NCBI GenBank assembly: GCA_964451435.1
Contig: CAYVHW010000001.1
Span: forward strand, 740 to 64,739
Source of the DNA: an uncultured Nitrososphaeria archaeon
GTDB taxonomy: Archaea > Thermoproteota > Nitrososphaeria_A > Caldarchaeales > Wolframiiraptoraceae
Direction: 5' to 3'
DNA length: 64,000 bases
The notes under the pieces are model-generated. The model made no database searches and was not told where the DNA came from. It saw nothing but the letters and a program-made list of their open reading frames with translations. Of this stretch, positions 28,250 through 38,595 are shown one piece after another. Position 1 is the first letter of the stretch, and each line of letters starts with the position of its first letter. Both the position numbers and the translations under genes were made by a program.

Positions 28250-30019
28250 ATGTGTGGGATCATAGGCTATATTGGAAATAGGAGGGCCGCCCCAATCCTA
28301 TTGAAGGGTCTCAAACACCTAGAGTATAGGGGTTATGACTCCGCGGGCATGGCGACTCTGAGCTCAAGGGTCGAGGTCAGGAAGGATGTCGGGAAGATTG
28401 AGGATCTTGAGAAGAGGTTGAGGTTTGAGGAGATGGAGGGTGAGGTTGGCATAGGGCATACGAGGTGGGCGACCCATGGAAAAGTCACCAAGGAGAACGC
28501 TCACCCCCACTTCTCACAGAACAGGAAGATCTACGTAGTCCATAATGGGATAATCGAGAACTATCAAGAGCTGAGGGAGTTCTTAAAGGAGAATGGGTTC
28601 AATTTTTATAGCGAGACCGATACAGAGGTAATCCCAAACCTCATCCAATACGAGATGGAGAGGGGAAAGAACTTCGAAGAAGCGTGTAAGGCGGCGTTAA
28701 AGAGATTGGAGGGAAGCTTCGCCGTAGTCATAATGCATGAGGGCGAGGAGAAGCTTATAGCGGCGAGGAGAGGATCACCTCTAGTCATAGGGGTTGGGGA
28801 TGGAGAATACTTTGTGGCGAGCGATATACCGGCCTTCTTAGAATTCACGAAGAAGGTAATCTTCATGTACGACTGGGACTTCGCGGTCATAACCAAGAAC
28901 GGCGTAAAGTTCTACAATTTGAGAGAAGGTAAAGAGGTTGAGAGGAGCATAGATGTGATAGATTGGGATGCTGAGCAGGCCAAGAAGGGCGAGTTCAAAC
29001 ACTATATGATAAAGGAGATCTTAGAGCAGGTCGAGACCATTCAGAGGGCCGCAATGCAGGATGAGAGTATAGTGGCCGCTATCGTGGAGGAGATGAGGAA
29101 GGCGAGGGGGATATTCTTCGTTGGATGTGGATCAAGCTATCACGCATGCTTCGCCGGGAGCTATATCTTCTCAAAGGTCGCAAACCTCCACGTCAACGTG
29201 ATGCTGGCCTCCGAGTTCCCAAACTTCAAGCACTTCCTAAACGAGAATACATTGGTCTTCGCGGTGTCCCAGAGCGGTGAGACGGCTGATGTATTGGAGG
29301 CCGTGAGGGCGGCGAAGGAGAAGGGGAGTAAGGTCATCTCGATCACAAATGTTAGAGGGTCTTCGATAACTAGATACTCGGATAGATTCCTCCTACTGAA
29401 TGCTGGCCCCGAGATCTGCGTCCTCGCCACGAAGACCTATACATCTCAACTCGCTTTACTAACCCTTCTAGCCTACGCATATGCTGGGAGATATGAGGAG
29501 GGTAGGAAGAGGCTTAGATACCTCTGGAATGTGGTGTATAACTTGACCTCTAGGACCAGCCGGGAGATGATAAAGAAGCTCGCTGAGAGGTTGAAGGATG
29601 AGGAGCACATATTCGTCATCGGGAGGGGATTACAATATGCGACGGCGCTCGAGGCGGCTCTTAAGATAAAGGAGGTCTCATATATTCATGCCGAAGCCTT
29701 TGCGGGTGGAGAGCTTAAGCATGGAACCATAGCCTTGATAGAGGATGGGACGCCGTGCATAGTCTTCGTCTCGGAGGAGAATGAGAAGGAGATAATATCG
29801 AACGCGGTTGAGATTAAGTCTAGGGGAGGATACATAATAGGGGTCTCGCCGAAGAACAACGAGGTCTTCGACTTCTGGATAAAGGTGCCCGAATGCGACG
29901 TCGCAAACCCAATAGTCCAGATAATACCTATCCAGATCCTAGCCTATCAGCTCGCGGTTCTGAGAGGGTATGATCCGGATAAGCCCAGGAACTTGGCGAA
30001 GTCCGTGACGGTGAAATGA
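28250..30019 (+). CDS. glmS: glutamine--fructose-6-phosphate aminotransferase
   Basis: 589 aa. The N-terminal MCGIIGY Ntn-glutaminase motif is followed by two SIS domains and a C-terminal ...KSVTVK. Confidence 0.9.
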   Translation: MCGIIGYIGNRRAAPILLKGLKHLEYRGYDSAGMATLSSRVEVRKDVGKIEDLEKRLRFEEMEGEVGIGHTRWATHGKVTKENAHPHFSQNRKIYVVHNGIIENYQELREFLKENGFNFYSETDTEVIPNLIQYEMERGKNFEEACKAALKRLEGSFAVVIMHEGEEKLIAARRGSPLVIGVGDGEYFVASDIPAFLEFTKKVIFMYDWDFAVITKNGVKFYNLREGKEVERSIDVIDWDAEQAKKGEFKHYMIKEILEQVETIQRAAMQDESIVAAIVEEMRKARGIFFVGCGSSYHACFAGSYIFSKVANLHVNVMLASEFPNFKHFLNENTLVFAVSQSGETADVLEAVRAAKEKGSKVISITNVRGSSITRYSDRFLLLNAGPEICVLATKTYTSQLALLTLLAYAYAGRYEEGRKRLRYLWNVVYNLTSRTSREMIKKLAERLKDEEHIFVIGRGLQYATALEAALKIKEVSYIHAEAFAGGELKHGTIALIEDGTPCIVFVSEENEKEIISNAVEIKSRGGYIIGVSPKNNEVFDFWIKVPECDVANPIVQIIPIQILAYQLAVLRGYDPDKPRNLAKSVTVK

Positions 30020-30453
30020 TGGATATTAGAGTGGCGAGGGAGGAGGATCTACCACAGCTAATCTCCATCCTCAGCCAACTCAATCCACGGGCGGAGAGAT
30101 GCGATCTGGAGAAGGCGAGGCAGGTCTTCAGGGAGCTGTCAAGATCCAATCAGCAATTCATCATGGTCTGCGAGATCGATGGGAGGGTCGTTGGAACAGC
30201 GGAACTCGTCATAAAACACAACCTAACCCATGGATGTAAGCCCTATGGATTCATAGAGAACGTGGTCGTGGATCAGCGCTATCGTGGCAGGGGAATAGGG
30301 GTCAAGCTCATCGAGAATTGCATCAAGATGGCTAGGGAGAGGGGATGCTATAAGCTCATCTTAACATGCAAGGATGAGCTAGTGAAATGGTATGGAAGGT
30401 TTGGATTTAAGGAGTTCGGCGAAAAGGCCCTTAGACTAGATCTGGAAGAGTGA
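30016..30453 (+). CDS. GNAT family N-acetyltransferase (candidate glucosamine-6-P N-acetyltransferase)
   Basis: 145 aa with an acetyl-CoA motif (QRYRGRGIGVKLIE). Its ATGATG start overlaps the glmS stop (translational coupling). Confidence 0.7.
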   Translation: MMDIRVAREEDLPQLISILSQLNPRAERCDLEKARQVFRELSRSNQQFIMVCEIDGRVVGTAELVIKHNLTHGCKPYGFIENVVVDQRYRGRGIGVKLIENCIKMARERGCYKLILTCKDELVKWYGRFGFKEFGEKALRLDLEE

Positions 30454-30458
30454 TTTAG

Positions 30459-31253
30459 GTGAAGGTGATCAAGCAGAAAGCTAGGAGAGCCTTTTCTCCG
30501 ACGAAGATCCCTGGAGCGAGGTGGGTGATTAACCAATATATCGGCTGCCAACACGCCTGCAGATACTGTTATGCCAAGTTCATGTGTAAGTGGTATGATT
30601 ATGGGAGATGGGGTTCTTGGGTGGTTGTGAGGGAGAATATGCCGGAGCTTGTGAAGGGTAGATATGTCGCTGGAAAGGTGTATATGTCGAGCGTCTCCGA
30701 TCCCTATCAGCCGATCGAGAAGAGATTTGAACTCACAAGGAGGATTCTCGAAAACATGGGTAAGAGAGTGAAGATCTCGATCCTGACGAAATCCGACCTA
30801 GTTCTGAGGGATTTAGAGCTATTCAAGAGGTTTAGGAATATCGAAGTTGGGCTGACTGTGAATGGCTTCGAAGAATCCGTCAAGAATGATCTCGAACCAT
30901 ATTCGCCGAGCATCGGGAGGAGGATCGAGGCATTGAAGAGATTACATGAGAGCGGGGTCAAGAACTATGCCTTCATCTCCCCAATAATTCCAAAGCTGAC
31001 GGACATCGAGGAGATAATAAGCGATACCAGAGGCTTCGTCACATACTACCTCTTCGAGTTCCTAAACTTTAGAGCCGCTGGAGCGGAGTTTAGGAGGTTT
31101 CTGAGAGATAGGTATTGGGAGGCATATGAGGTTATGTCGAATAAGGATAGACTTGAGAGATATGCTAGAGATACTATTGAGACCATTAGAAGGAGCGGGG
31201 TTAAGATAGGAGGAATATACCTACACTACCCAGAACTCACCATGTTGAAGTAA
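30459..31253 (+). CDS. radical SAM protein, SPL/COG1533 (DNA repair photolyase-like) family
   Basis: 264 aa. The CQHACRYC motif has C-x3-C-x2-C spacing. GTG start 5 nt after the GNAT stop. Confidence 0.6.
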   Translation: MKVIKQKARRAFSPTKIPGARWVINQYIGCQHACRYCYAKFMCKWYDYGRWGSWVVVRENMPELVKGRYVAGKVYMSSVSDPYQPIEKRFELTRRILENMGKRVKISILTKSDLVLRDLELFKRFRNIEVGLTVNGFEESVKNDLEPYSPSIGRRIEALKRLHESGVKNYAFISPIIPKLTDIEEIISDTRGFVTYYLFEFLNFRAAGAEFRRFLRDRYWEAYEVMSNKDRLERYARDTIETIRRSGVKIGGIYLHYPELTMLK

Positions 31254-31260
31254 GCTATGC

Positions 31261-32292
31261 TTATCTCTTAACCTTCCTCTTCCCACCTCTCCAAATGGGG
31301 GGATACGTCCCTCTCTCCATGATCACTCTCTCCGTCTTCGCGGCGATTCCATGAGATGCTTCGAGAATCTCCTCTGCATTCATCTTGGCCTCGGCTAGGG
31401 CCACGAGCTCTCCCTTCAGGGTCATTAAGGCCACGGTCTCACCCCTCTTAACCGAGTCCTCAACCCTTGAGATTCCCGCAACCGCTAGATCCGCTCCATG
31501 GCATATCGCGTCGACAGCTGTGTCGAGGACATAGATCTTAGGGAGATGTTTAACTGCCTCCTCAACGGGCTTCACAACTGATCTCAGAGGCCCCTCTTCC
31601 CCATCCTCCCTAAACCTCTTCAAGGCATCATAAACGTCTAGGATCGTGACCGAGTCTTCCTCGGTGAACGGCCCAGCCCTAACTCTCCTAAGCTCCTGCA
31701 TATGCGCCCCGCATCCTAGGTAGAGTCCGAGGTCGTGGCAGTATTTTCTGATATAGGTTCCGCCCGAGCATGAGATCCTCAATAGAACATCTCTCCCATC
31801 CCTCTCGATCAGCTCAGCCCTATAGATCATCCTAGTCCTTATACTCCTTGAGACGCTAGATCGAATGGGTGGAACTTGGTAGATCTCTCCAGTGAATAAT
31901 CTTATGGCCTCGGCGAGCTCCTCGTCTGAAACGTCTCCATGAAGTCTGAGGACGCAGACATACTCCTTACCCCCGCGCATAACCGCCCCCGCGCATTTTG
32001 TCGCATCATTTATGAGGATCGGCAAGACCCCTGAGACCGCTGGATCAAGGGTTCCTCCATGGCCAGCCCTCCTAGCCTTGAATAAGGACTTTATCTTGGC
32101 AGATAGCTCATGGCTGGTTGGCCCCCTAGGCTTATCCAGATTAACCACGCCCAGTCTTAGAAGTTTCTCGACACTCCTCCTATATGGGTCCTCGCCATAG
32201 TCTGGATCGGTCTCGGCTTCAAGTCTAACTAGAACTCTATGTCTCTCCTCCCAAGGCGGGGTTGTGGCCTCGAAGATCATCCAACAATCCAT
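31261..32292 (-). CDS. cbf5: H/ACA RNP pseudouridine synthase Cbf5 (TruB family + PUA)
   Basis: Catalytic GHGGTLDPAVSGVLPI and a C-terminal PUA domain. The true start is probably a few codons internal to the ORF. Confidence 0.85.
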   Translation of the reverse strand: MDCWMIFEATTPPWEERHRVLVRLEAETDPDYGEDPYRRSVEKLLRLGVVNLDKPRGPTSHELSAKIKSLFKARRAGHGGTLDPAVSGVLPILINDATKCAGAVMRGGKEYVCVLRLHGDVSDEELAEAIRLFTGEIYQVPPIRSSVSRSIRTRMIYRAELIERDGRDVLLRISCSGGTYIRKYCHDLGLYLGCGAHMQELRRVRAGPFTEEDSVTILDVYDALKRFREDGEEGPLRSVVKPVEEAVKHLPKIYVLDTAVDAICHGADLAVAGISRVEDSVKRGETVALMTLKGELVALAEAKMNAEEILEASHGIAAKTERVIMERGTYPPIWRGGKRKVKR

Positions 32293-32313
32293 CGGGTTCT
32301 CTCATTATAAGGT

Positions 32314-32610
32314 CTACGATGGGAGGGCCGTGGGCTTAACCTCAACCCTCCTTCTCATATAGTCGATCAGCCCAGCCTCCTCCAAGGCCTTCAAGACCTC
32401 CTCATCGCTTGCGCCCTTGGAGATCTTGATCTTATGGGGGGTGAAGGCGAGGTGCGCGATATTCACCCTCCTCCTCTTAACACCCGTTAGGCTTTTGGGG
32501 CCTGTGACTAAGACGAAGTTCTTGCCTATGACATCGACGATCACGCATTTTCTAGAAGCCTCCCTCCCAGCCACCTTAACAGCTATCCTCCCAACCTCCT
32601 CGATCATCAC
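32314..32610 (-). CDS. rpl14e: 50S ribosomal protein L14e
   Basis: 98 aa with a KOW-like sequence ([20 protein letters not shown]). It pairs with cbf5 as in many archaea. Confidence 0.7.
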   Translation of the reverse strand: MMIEEVGRIAVKVAGREASRKCVIVDVIGKNFVLVTGPKSLTGVKRRRVNIAHLAFTPHKIKISKGASDEEVLKALEEAGLIDYMRRRVEVKPTALPS

Positions 32611-32712
32611 GTTTCCTAAGAGATAGCTCCTATTTGATCTTATGCTAACCTCTATCGATCGGGTTTTGAGATGGTGGATTGCCTCTCATGGGATCAAGTG
32701 AGTGTCAAGAAT

Positions 32713-33810
32713 CTAAATTATTAGTTTCCCGCTCTTCTTCTCGAAGATATGTGATTTATCGAAATTGAAGTAAACCCATACCTTATCGCCCATCTCCACC
32801 TTAAAGTCAGGTGATGCTAGGGCTTTAATCGATAAGCCATCCTTTACTAAGGTTAATACAATCCTATCTCCTAAAGGTTCTACTACATGAACGGTGAACT
32901 CTATACTCCCTTTCTCCTCTCTCTTAAAAACTCTCAAATCTTGAGGTCTAACGCCATATATCAGCTCTCCTGATCCTTGAATGAGGCTAGCCCAGCTATC
33001 GGGGATCTTGAGCTTGAAAGCCCCGAAGTCTAGGGCTCCCGCCGTGATTAACGAGCAGTTAAGGAGATTCATCGGCGGGCTACCTATAAAGCCAGCGACG
33101 AAGAGATTAGCTGGTTTATCGTAGAGGTCGCCGGGGGTACCAATCTGCTGTATCTTTCCTAAGTTCATTACGGCGATTCTATCCGCCATACTCATCGCCT
33201 CAACTTGGTCATGGGTGACGTAGATCGTTGTACATCTAAATTCTCTCTGAATTCTCTTAAGCTCAGCCCTCATATACACTCTCAGTTTAGCGTCTAAGTT
33301 TGCTAAGGGCTCATCTAACAAGAGGACAGCGGGCTCAATTATTAAAGCTCTAGCGAGAGCAACTCGTTGTTGCTGTCCGCCGCTAAGCTCGTGGGGCTTT
33401 CTATCCAGAAGATCTCTTATCCTAAGAAGGTCTGCCATGTCATATACTCTTCTCCTTATTTCCTCCTTTGGAAGTTTTCGGATATATGCGGGGAAGGCTA
33501 TGTTATCGAATACGTTCATATGTGGGAAGAGAGCGTAGCTCTGAAAGACCATCGATACGTTTCTCTTCTGCGGTAGCACATATATCGTCTCCCCATTATC
33601 AACCAATTCATCGCCGAAGTATACGCGACCTTTAGTAACTCTCTCCAAACCCGATATAATCCTAAGAGTCGTTGTCTTGCCACAACCACTTGGCCCTAAG
33701 AGCACCATAAATTCACCATCCTTTACTTTAAAAGTTAAGCCATCTACAGCAACTACTCTCCCGAACTTCTTTGTAACATCTTCAAGAGCTACTGCAACCA
33801 TGCCATGCAA
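32713..33810 (-). CDS. sugar/glycerol-3-P-type ABC transporter ATP-binding protein (MalK/UgpC-like)
   Basis: GPSGCGKTT, LSGGQQQRVALARAL, and a C-terminal TOBE-like domain. Confidence 0.85.
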   Translation of the reverse strand: MHGMVAVALEDVTKKFGRVVAVDGLTFKVKDGEFMVLLGPSGCGKTTTLRIISGLERVTKGRVYFGDELVDNGETIYVLPQKRNVSMVFQSYALFPHMNVFDNIAFPAYIRKLPKEEIRRRVYDMADLLRIRDLLDRKPHELSGGQQQRVALARALIIEPAVLLLDEPLANLDAKLRVYMRAELKRIQREFRCTTIYVTHDQVEAMSMADRIAVMNLGKIQQIGTPGDLYDKPANLFVAGFIGSPPMNLLNCSLITAGALDFGAFKLKIPDSWASLIQGSGELIYGVRPQDLRVFKREEKGSIEFTVHVVEPLGDRIVLTLVKDGLSIKALASPDFKVEMGDKVWVYFNFDKSHIFEKKSGKLII

Positions 33811-33817
33811 CCCCCAG

Positions 33818-34711
33818 CTATCTAACCTCTATTTTTCCGAGCTTTATCTTCATCAGATGCTCTCTAAATGCGAAATATATACATATTGGAGGGATGGTAT
33901 AGATCACAGACAGGGCACAAGCTGATCCATAGTCTATGGCAAGACCTATTTCGCCGGGATTATGTACGAATATGGACGCTAAGCCCAGCGATATGGGATA
34001 GAGGTCTTCAGAGTATATCATGATGAGCGGCACGATGAAGTTCCCCCACCCGCTTAAGAAGCTTAAGAATGCCACTATGGCTAGCCCCGGACCAGCCGCT
34101 GGCAAGACGACCTTAAACAAGGTCATTAAGTGGCCGCAGCCACATATCCACGCCTGCTCCTCTATCTCTCTAGGTATATGATCGAAGAATCCCTTTATGA
34201 TCCAGATTTGAGTTGGAATTGTTCCGGATGCTATGACGATCGCCGTTCCTAGGAGATTATCGATGAGCCCGAGAAGTTTACCAAGCCTGTATAGTGGAAG
34301 CATTTTAGCGGTCATGGGCATGAATCCTATTAGCAATATAGCGGTCATTAAGAGATCCTTCCCTCTAAAATCAAGTCTTGAGAGAGCATAGCCTGCCGGA
34401 GCACTAAGTACAATGGTGATGATCATTGTAGCAAATCCTATAAATAAGCTATTTGCTATCCATCTAGACATATAAATCGGGTGAGCTGCATATCCAGCGA
34501 TCCCCTTAGTGTGTTGTTCTGTGAAAATCCTGATAAAGTTATCTAATGTGACTTCTTTAGGAATTTCAAGATAAGGGCTTCCCGTAGCGCTAAAGGCTGT
34601 GACAAAGAGCCATGCTAGAGGGGTGAGCACATAGGCGAATAAGGTGAAGAGTATGACATAGCCTATAACTGTAAAGCTTGGCTCAGCAATCTTCTTTAGC
34701 ATCTTACTCAT
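33818..34711 (-). CDS. ABC permease (MalG/UgpE-like)
   Basis: 297 aa with 6 TM helices and an EAA-type loop. Confidence 0.8.
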   Translation of the reverse strand: MSKMLKKIAEPSFTVIGYVILFTLFAYVLTPLAWLFVTAFSATGSPYLEIPKEVTLDNFIRIFTEQHTKGIAGYAAHPIYMSRWIANSLFIGFATMIITIVLSAPAGYALSRLDFRGKDLLMTAILLIGFMPMTAKMLPLYRLGKLLGLIDNLLGTAIVIASGTIPTQIWIIKGFFDHIPREIEEQAWICGCGHLMTLFKVVLPAAGPGLAIVAFLSFLSGWGNFIVPLIMIYSEDLYPISLGLASIFVHNPGEIGLAIDYGSACALSVIYTIPPICIYFAFREHLMKIKLGKIEVR

Positions 34712-34715
34712 AACA

Positions 34716-35615
34716 TCACCCCCTGACCTCGCTCATCTTTAATTGGAGTAGCGTGAGCACGAATACTATAATCGCTATTATGAAGCCGACGGCGCATCCA
34801 AAACCTAGCTCAAAGTCGCTGAAAGCTTTATGGTAGGCGTAGAGAGAGATGAGTTCTGTTTTGTAATCTGGGTAGGGTGTCTCTCCTGTAAACATATAGG
34901 CATATGTGAAATCGTCTATGTCCTCTTTGAAGATGAGGATTAAAGTTAATATCAGAGGATATTTGATTAGGGGTAAGGTTATTTTTCTAAACTTAAACCA
35001 CCTAGATGCTCCATAAATGTCTGATATCTCATAATACTCCTTGGGTATGCTTGTTAAAGCCGATGCTAGGACTAGCATGGCCAAAGCATATCCGGCCCAA
35101 CAGTTAACCGCTATTATGCTCTCAGTTAATCTCTCATATGTCCAGCTTTGGGGAGGCAGGTTTAAAGCTCTTAAAACTCTATTGACCGTTCCGTAGTCAG
35201 GTTCGAGCATGCTTAACCATACATATGAATGTATAGCTCCAGGGATTATGTAAGGTAGAAGGAAAATGGCGGCCATTACCCCCTTGCCCTTGAAAGCCTT
35301 GGAGGTTATGTAAAAGGCTGCGGCGAGACCTAGGAGGAAGCGTAATGCTAGGGATGCGAGGCAATAGTAAAGAGTCACTTTCATCGAGATCCAGAAGTAA
35401 CTGTCGCTAAGAGCTTTTATGTAATTCTCTAAGCCTACGAAATTGTAATGTAAGAACTTTTTGCCTACAAGCGCCATATCCGTGAAGCCTATCCATATAG
35501 TCCATATCGTTGGGATTAGCTGAAATATCACTAAGATTATCAGAGCTGGAATTAAAAATAAAGTTAGGACCAAGATTTTGGCATTAACCTTTACTCGGTC
35601 TTTAATTTCCTTCAT
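34716..35615 (-). CDS. ABC permease (MalF/UgpA-like)
   Basis: 299 aa with 6 TM helices. Confidence 0.8.
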   Translation of the reverse strand: MKEIKDRVKVNAKILVLTLFLIPALIILVIFQLIPTIWTIWIGFTDMALVGKKFLHYNFVGLENYIKALSDSYFWISMKVTLYYCLASLALRFLLGLAAAFYITSKAFKGKGVMAAIFLLPYIIPGAIHSYVWLSMLEPDYGTVNRVLRALNLPPQSWTYERLTESIIAVNCWAGYALAMLVLASALTSIPKEYYEISDIYGASRWFKFRKITLPLIKYPLILTLILIFKEDIDDFTYAYMFTGETPYPDYKTELISLYAYHKAFSDFELGFGCAVGFIIAIIVFVLTLLQLKMSEVRG

Positions 35616-35644
35616 CCACCAATAAAAAATAAGGAGTATTGTAT

Positions 35645-36982
35645 TTAGAGTTTGCTCTTAACCCTGTCGGCCCCGAGTTCGGCGGTCACCGCTGCTGCAA
35701 AGGCCTCCATGCACTCCTCAGGAGTTTTACCTTCGGTTACTAACTCCTTTTTCACGGTATCCTGCAAAACTTTCAGATACTTCCTAATACCCAGGGCTAA
35801 AGGCTTCGCTACGCCATATTTCTCCATAGCCTCGGTATTCCATTTAAGGAATACGTCTTTAGCGTAATCTCCTATTACCGCATCGGCACGTGCAACTAGG
35901 TGACTGGTCTTGTAACCCCAACTAGACATAACTTCCGGTTTAACGAGCTCCTTTATTAGCTCGAAGGCCAATTCTGGGTGTTCCGATTTCGCGCCTATAG
36001 CCCACGCATAATCCCTCATAGTCACAACATACTTCGGAGCTCCAGCCGCTCCCGAACCAGGTAGATATGCGTAGCCGACAGTCTCCTCCCTATTAGGTAT
36101 CTCATAAGCCATTCCAGGACCCCATTTCTCGCTATAACACCAGGTTCCATCGACTAGTATGGCTAGCTTGCCCTCTTGGAAGAGCTTTCTCGTATCCCAC
36201 CTCTCCAATATCAGCTCTCTAGGGGTAACTTTATACGTGTAAAAGGCATCGTAGTATACTTTGAAGAGGAATAGTATCTCCTTGCTTTTTACGATGAACT
36301 TTCCATCAGTTGGATCATATATCTTGCCTCCAGCGGAGAATATAGGTGTTTGAATTTCACCCCCATAGTATGGACTTAGAGGAACTTTAACATCCGGGAC
36401 CTTCTCTTTGATAATTCTAGCGGCTTCAAAGACATCTTCCCAAGTTTTAGGTTGCCATGGTACCGGTAGACCAGCCTTTTTGAATATGTCTTTACGATAG
36501 TAGATTATTATTATGGCTGCATCGTTTGGGATGGCATATATCTTTCCTTTGCATCGGATCATGTCCTTGATCGTCTTGTAGAATTTGCCCCATTCATCCC
36601 ACTTCTCAACATACGGAGTTAAGTCTAGTACGTATCCAGATTCTACCATGTCTGGAATCATGACGAGACTTACCCAGAAGACGTCTGGGACCGTTCCTGC
36701 AGCGAGGGTTGCCACCAGTTTCTCACTATAGCCCCTATGAGGTGCTGTTAGGAGCTTAACCTCAACCTCTATGTTCTTCTCCTTAAGCATACGCTCCTTG
36801 AATCTCTCGATGGCGCCTGAACCTCTTACAAAGTCCGCCCATAGGCCAGCTTTAGTGAATAACGTTAACTCAACTTTTCTCGGAGGTTTTGTCAGTACAA
36901 AGGAGTAGTAGGTCACGGCACCCACAACAACGATCGCTATTACAATGATAATCGCGAGAACGCGCTTACTTAGTGGCGACAT
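35645..36982 (-). CDS. extracellular solute-binding protein family 1 (sugar/glycerophosphodiester-type), N-terminally anchored
   Basis: The SBP_bac_1-like body follows a TM/signal segment (MSPLSKRVLAIIIVIAIVVVGAV). The ATG at 36982 is preferred over the ORF-track start at 37081. Confidence 0.75.
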   Translation of the reverse strand: MSPLSKRVLAIIIVIAIVVVGAVTYYSFVLTKPPRKVELTLFTKAGLWADFVRGSGAIERFKERMLKEKNIEVEVKLLTAPHRGYSEKLVATLAAGTVPDVFWVSLVMIPDMVESGYVLDLTPYVEKWDEWGKFYKTIKDMIRCKGKIYAIPNDAAIIIIYYRKDIFKKAGLPVPWQPKTWEDVFEAARIIKEKVPDVKVPLSPYYGGEIQTPIFSAGGKIYDPTDGKFIVKSKEILFLFKVYYDAFYTYKVTPRELILERWDTRKLFQEGKLAILVDGTWCYSEKWGPGMAYEIPNREETVGYAYLPGSGAAGAPKYVVTMRDYAWAIGAKSEHPELAFELIKELVKPEVMSSWGYKTSHLVARADAVIGDYAKDVFLKWNTEAMEKYGVAKPLALGIRKYLKVLQDTVKKELVTEGKTPEECMEAFAAAVTAELGADRVKSKL

Positions 36983-37117
36983 TTTCCCACAGAAGAGGTG
37001 TTTATGATTCTTCCTAATAAATTTCACTCCATGAGATACGCCATGAAGGATATGCGGGAACTTTTGGCACGTCAAGAACATAAAAAATTTTTAGCTTGAT
37101 TAGGGTCGCAAATAACT

Positions 37118-37819
37118 TTAAGCTAGCTTCCTCAGGTAGGAGATTATCCTATCGGGATAGTCTGTGATCACCCCGTCGACTCCAAGCTTTTGAGCCTTAA
37201 CCAAGGTTTCAAGATCATTAATAGTCCATGCGAAAACTTCCATGCCTAGTTTATGAGCTTTTTCGACATAGGATCTCGTCAAGACAGATATATGGGGAGA
37301 TACCTCTACAACCTTCAACTCCCTAGCCATCTTCAATGGTTGAAGATATCCGGCTAGACCTAGCTCAAGGCGGCATTTCTCCTGCTTCATTACAGCTATG
37401 AAATTCCTCAGTATAGGTCTCCTACCTACAATCCTAACCTTTTTAGATAACCCTCTAGACACTATAGCATTAAGCACTCGGTTTTCATATCCTGGCTTCT
37501 TGACGTGAATTCTGAGCTTTGATTTAGAGTTTGCATATTCCTTTCTGAACAGCTCGAGCGCCTCTTCCAGCGTGGGGATTTTTTCACCATCGATCAAATC
37601 GAATTTTCTAATATTCTTAAAGTGCATCTTGCTAACATATCCGTTTCCGTTAGTCACCCTATCTATCTTCTTATCATGTATTAAGACTAAATGGCCATCA
37701 CCCGTCATCCTAACATCTACTTCCACGAAGTCGACTTTCATATCTAAGGCTAACTTGATAGCGCTTATGGAGTTTTCGGGTGCACGGCCTGAAGCTCCTC
37801 TATGAGCCACTACTTTCAT
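37118..37819 (-). CDS. glycerophosphodiester phosphodiesterase (GDPD/UgpQ family)
   Basis: MKVVAHRGASGRAPENS...EVDVRMTGDGHLVLIHD GDPD catalytic motifs. The start is probably the ATG at 37819 (the ORF track extends to 37846). Confidence 0.8.
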   Translation of the reverse strand: MKVVAHRGASGRAPENSISAIKLALDMKVDFVEVDVRMTGDGHLVLIHDKKIDRVTNGNGYVSKMHFKNIRKFDLIDGEKIPTLEEALELFRKEYANSKSKLRIHVKKPGYENRVLNAIVSRGLSKKVRIVGRRPILRNFIAVMKQEKCRLELGLAGYLQPLKMARELKVVEVSPHISVLTRSYVEKAHKLGMEVFAWTINDLETLVKAQKLGVDGVITDYPDRIISYLRKLA

Positions 37820-38002
37820 CCCGCCAAACGGCGAATCAAACACCATTACCGGTGTAATTGAAACGTCAAAGTGAATATTAACCTATCTTTTCCTCGAAAT
37901 TTATAAAGCCTCGCCTTGGCTAATAAGTATTCCTTCTTCCTGTAGATTATCACATTCTCATTGCATGGGCAAGGAGATTTATGCCGTATTCGATCTTCGC
38001 GA

Positions 38003-38536
38003 TCATCCCTCTCTCCTTTTAGTGCTCAGTATCTGATCGGGTTTCAGGACTGAGACTCCGGCGACTCCGCCTAAAACCTCGATCAAGACTATCCAGTCGG
38101 GGTTTTCGAGGTCTACTTTCCGATCGACCTTGCTTGCCGCGGCCTCGATAAGCTCTCTACTCGATAGGCTTGTATGCCTCTTCTCGACCGTCACCCTAAA
38201 CCTAGCGTCCTCTGGGATCTTGGATGAGAGCTTCTCGACCACTTCCGCGATCTTCTCAGGCTTGGCCTCCACGACATGCTCTATCGGGATGAATCTTAGG
38301 AGGCTGCTTATCCTCCAAGGCTCCTCGGCTAGAATCTTCTTAACCTCCTCGATGACCTTGAATGGATCTAGATTTGTGCGGGCGGTCAATAGTCCAGCGA
38401 TCTTCGTCATCATGATCTCGGGATTCTCGTCTCCAAGCGACCTCAAGAGATCTTCAAGCTCGATCGCCGCAACGTTCTCCTGACCCCTAAAGGTGGTCAC
38501 TATTAGATTGAACCTCTCCATCGAGTATAGTCTCAT
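38003..38536 (-). CDS. THUMP-domain RNA-binding protein (COG1818-like)
   Basis: 177 aa. The N-terminus (FNLIVTTFRGQENVAAIELEDLL) resembles archaeal THUMP-only proteins. No catalytic domain. Confidence 0.45.
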   Translation of the reverse strand: MRLYSMERFNLIVTTFRGQENVAAIELEDLLRSLGDENPEIMMTKIAGLLTARTNLDPFKVIEEVKKILAEEPWRISSLLRFIPIEHVVEAKPEKIAEVVEKLSSKIPEDARFRVTVEKRHTSLSSRELIEAAASKVDRKVDLENPDWIVLIEVLGGVAGVSVLKPDQILSTKRREG

Positions 38537-38595
38537 TTAGCCTAGTTAAAAAGAGTTTAAGCTCGCCGGAACCTAGACTCGATGAGGGTTTAGGA

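Noticed and set aside
3165-32313. The 29-kb stretch between cmk and rpl14e as an inserted genomic island
   Set aside because: The content is core metabolism and transport (GlmS, GGR, PiT, Lrp, tRNA). There are no integrase, transposase or direct repeats flanking a tRNA, so an inversion explains it better than an insertion.
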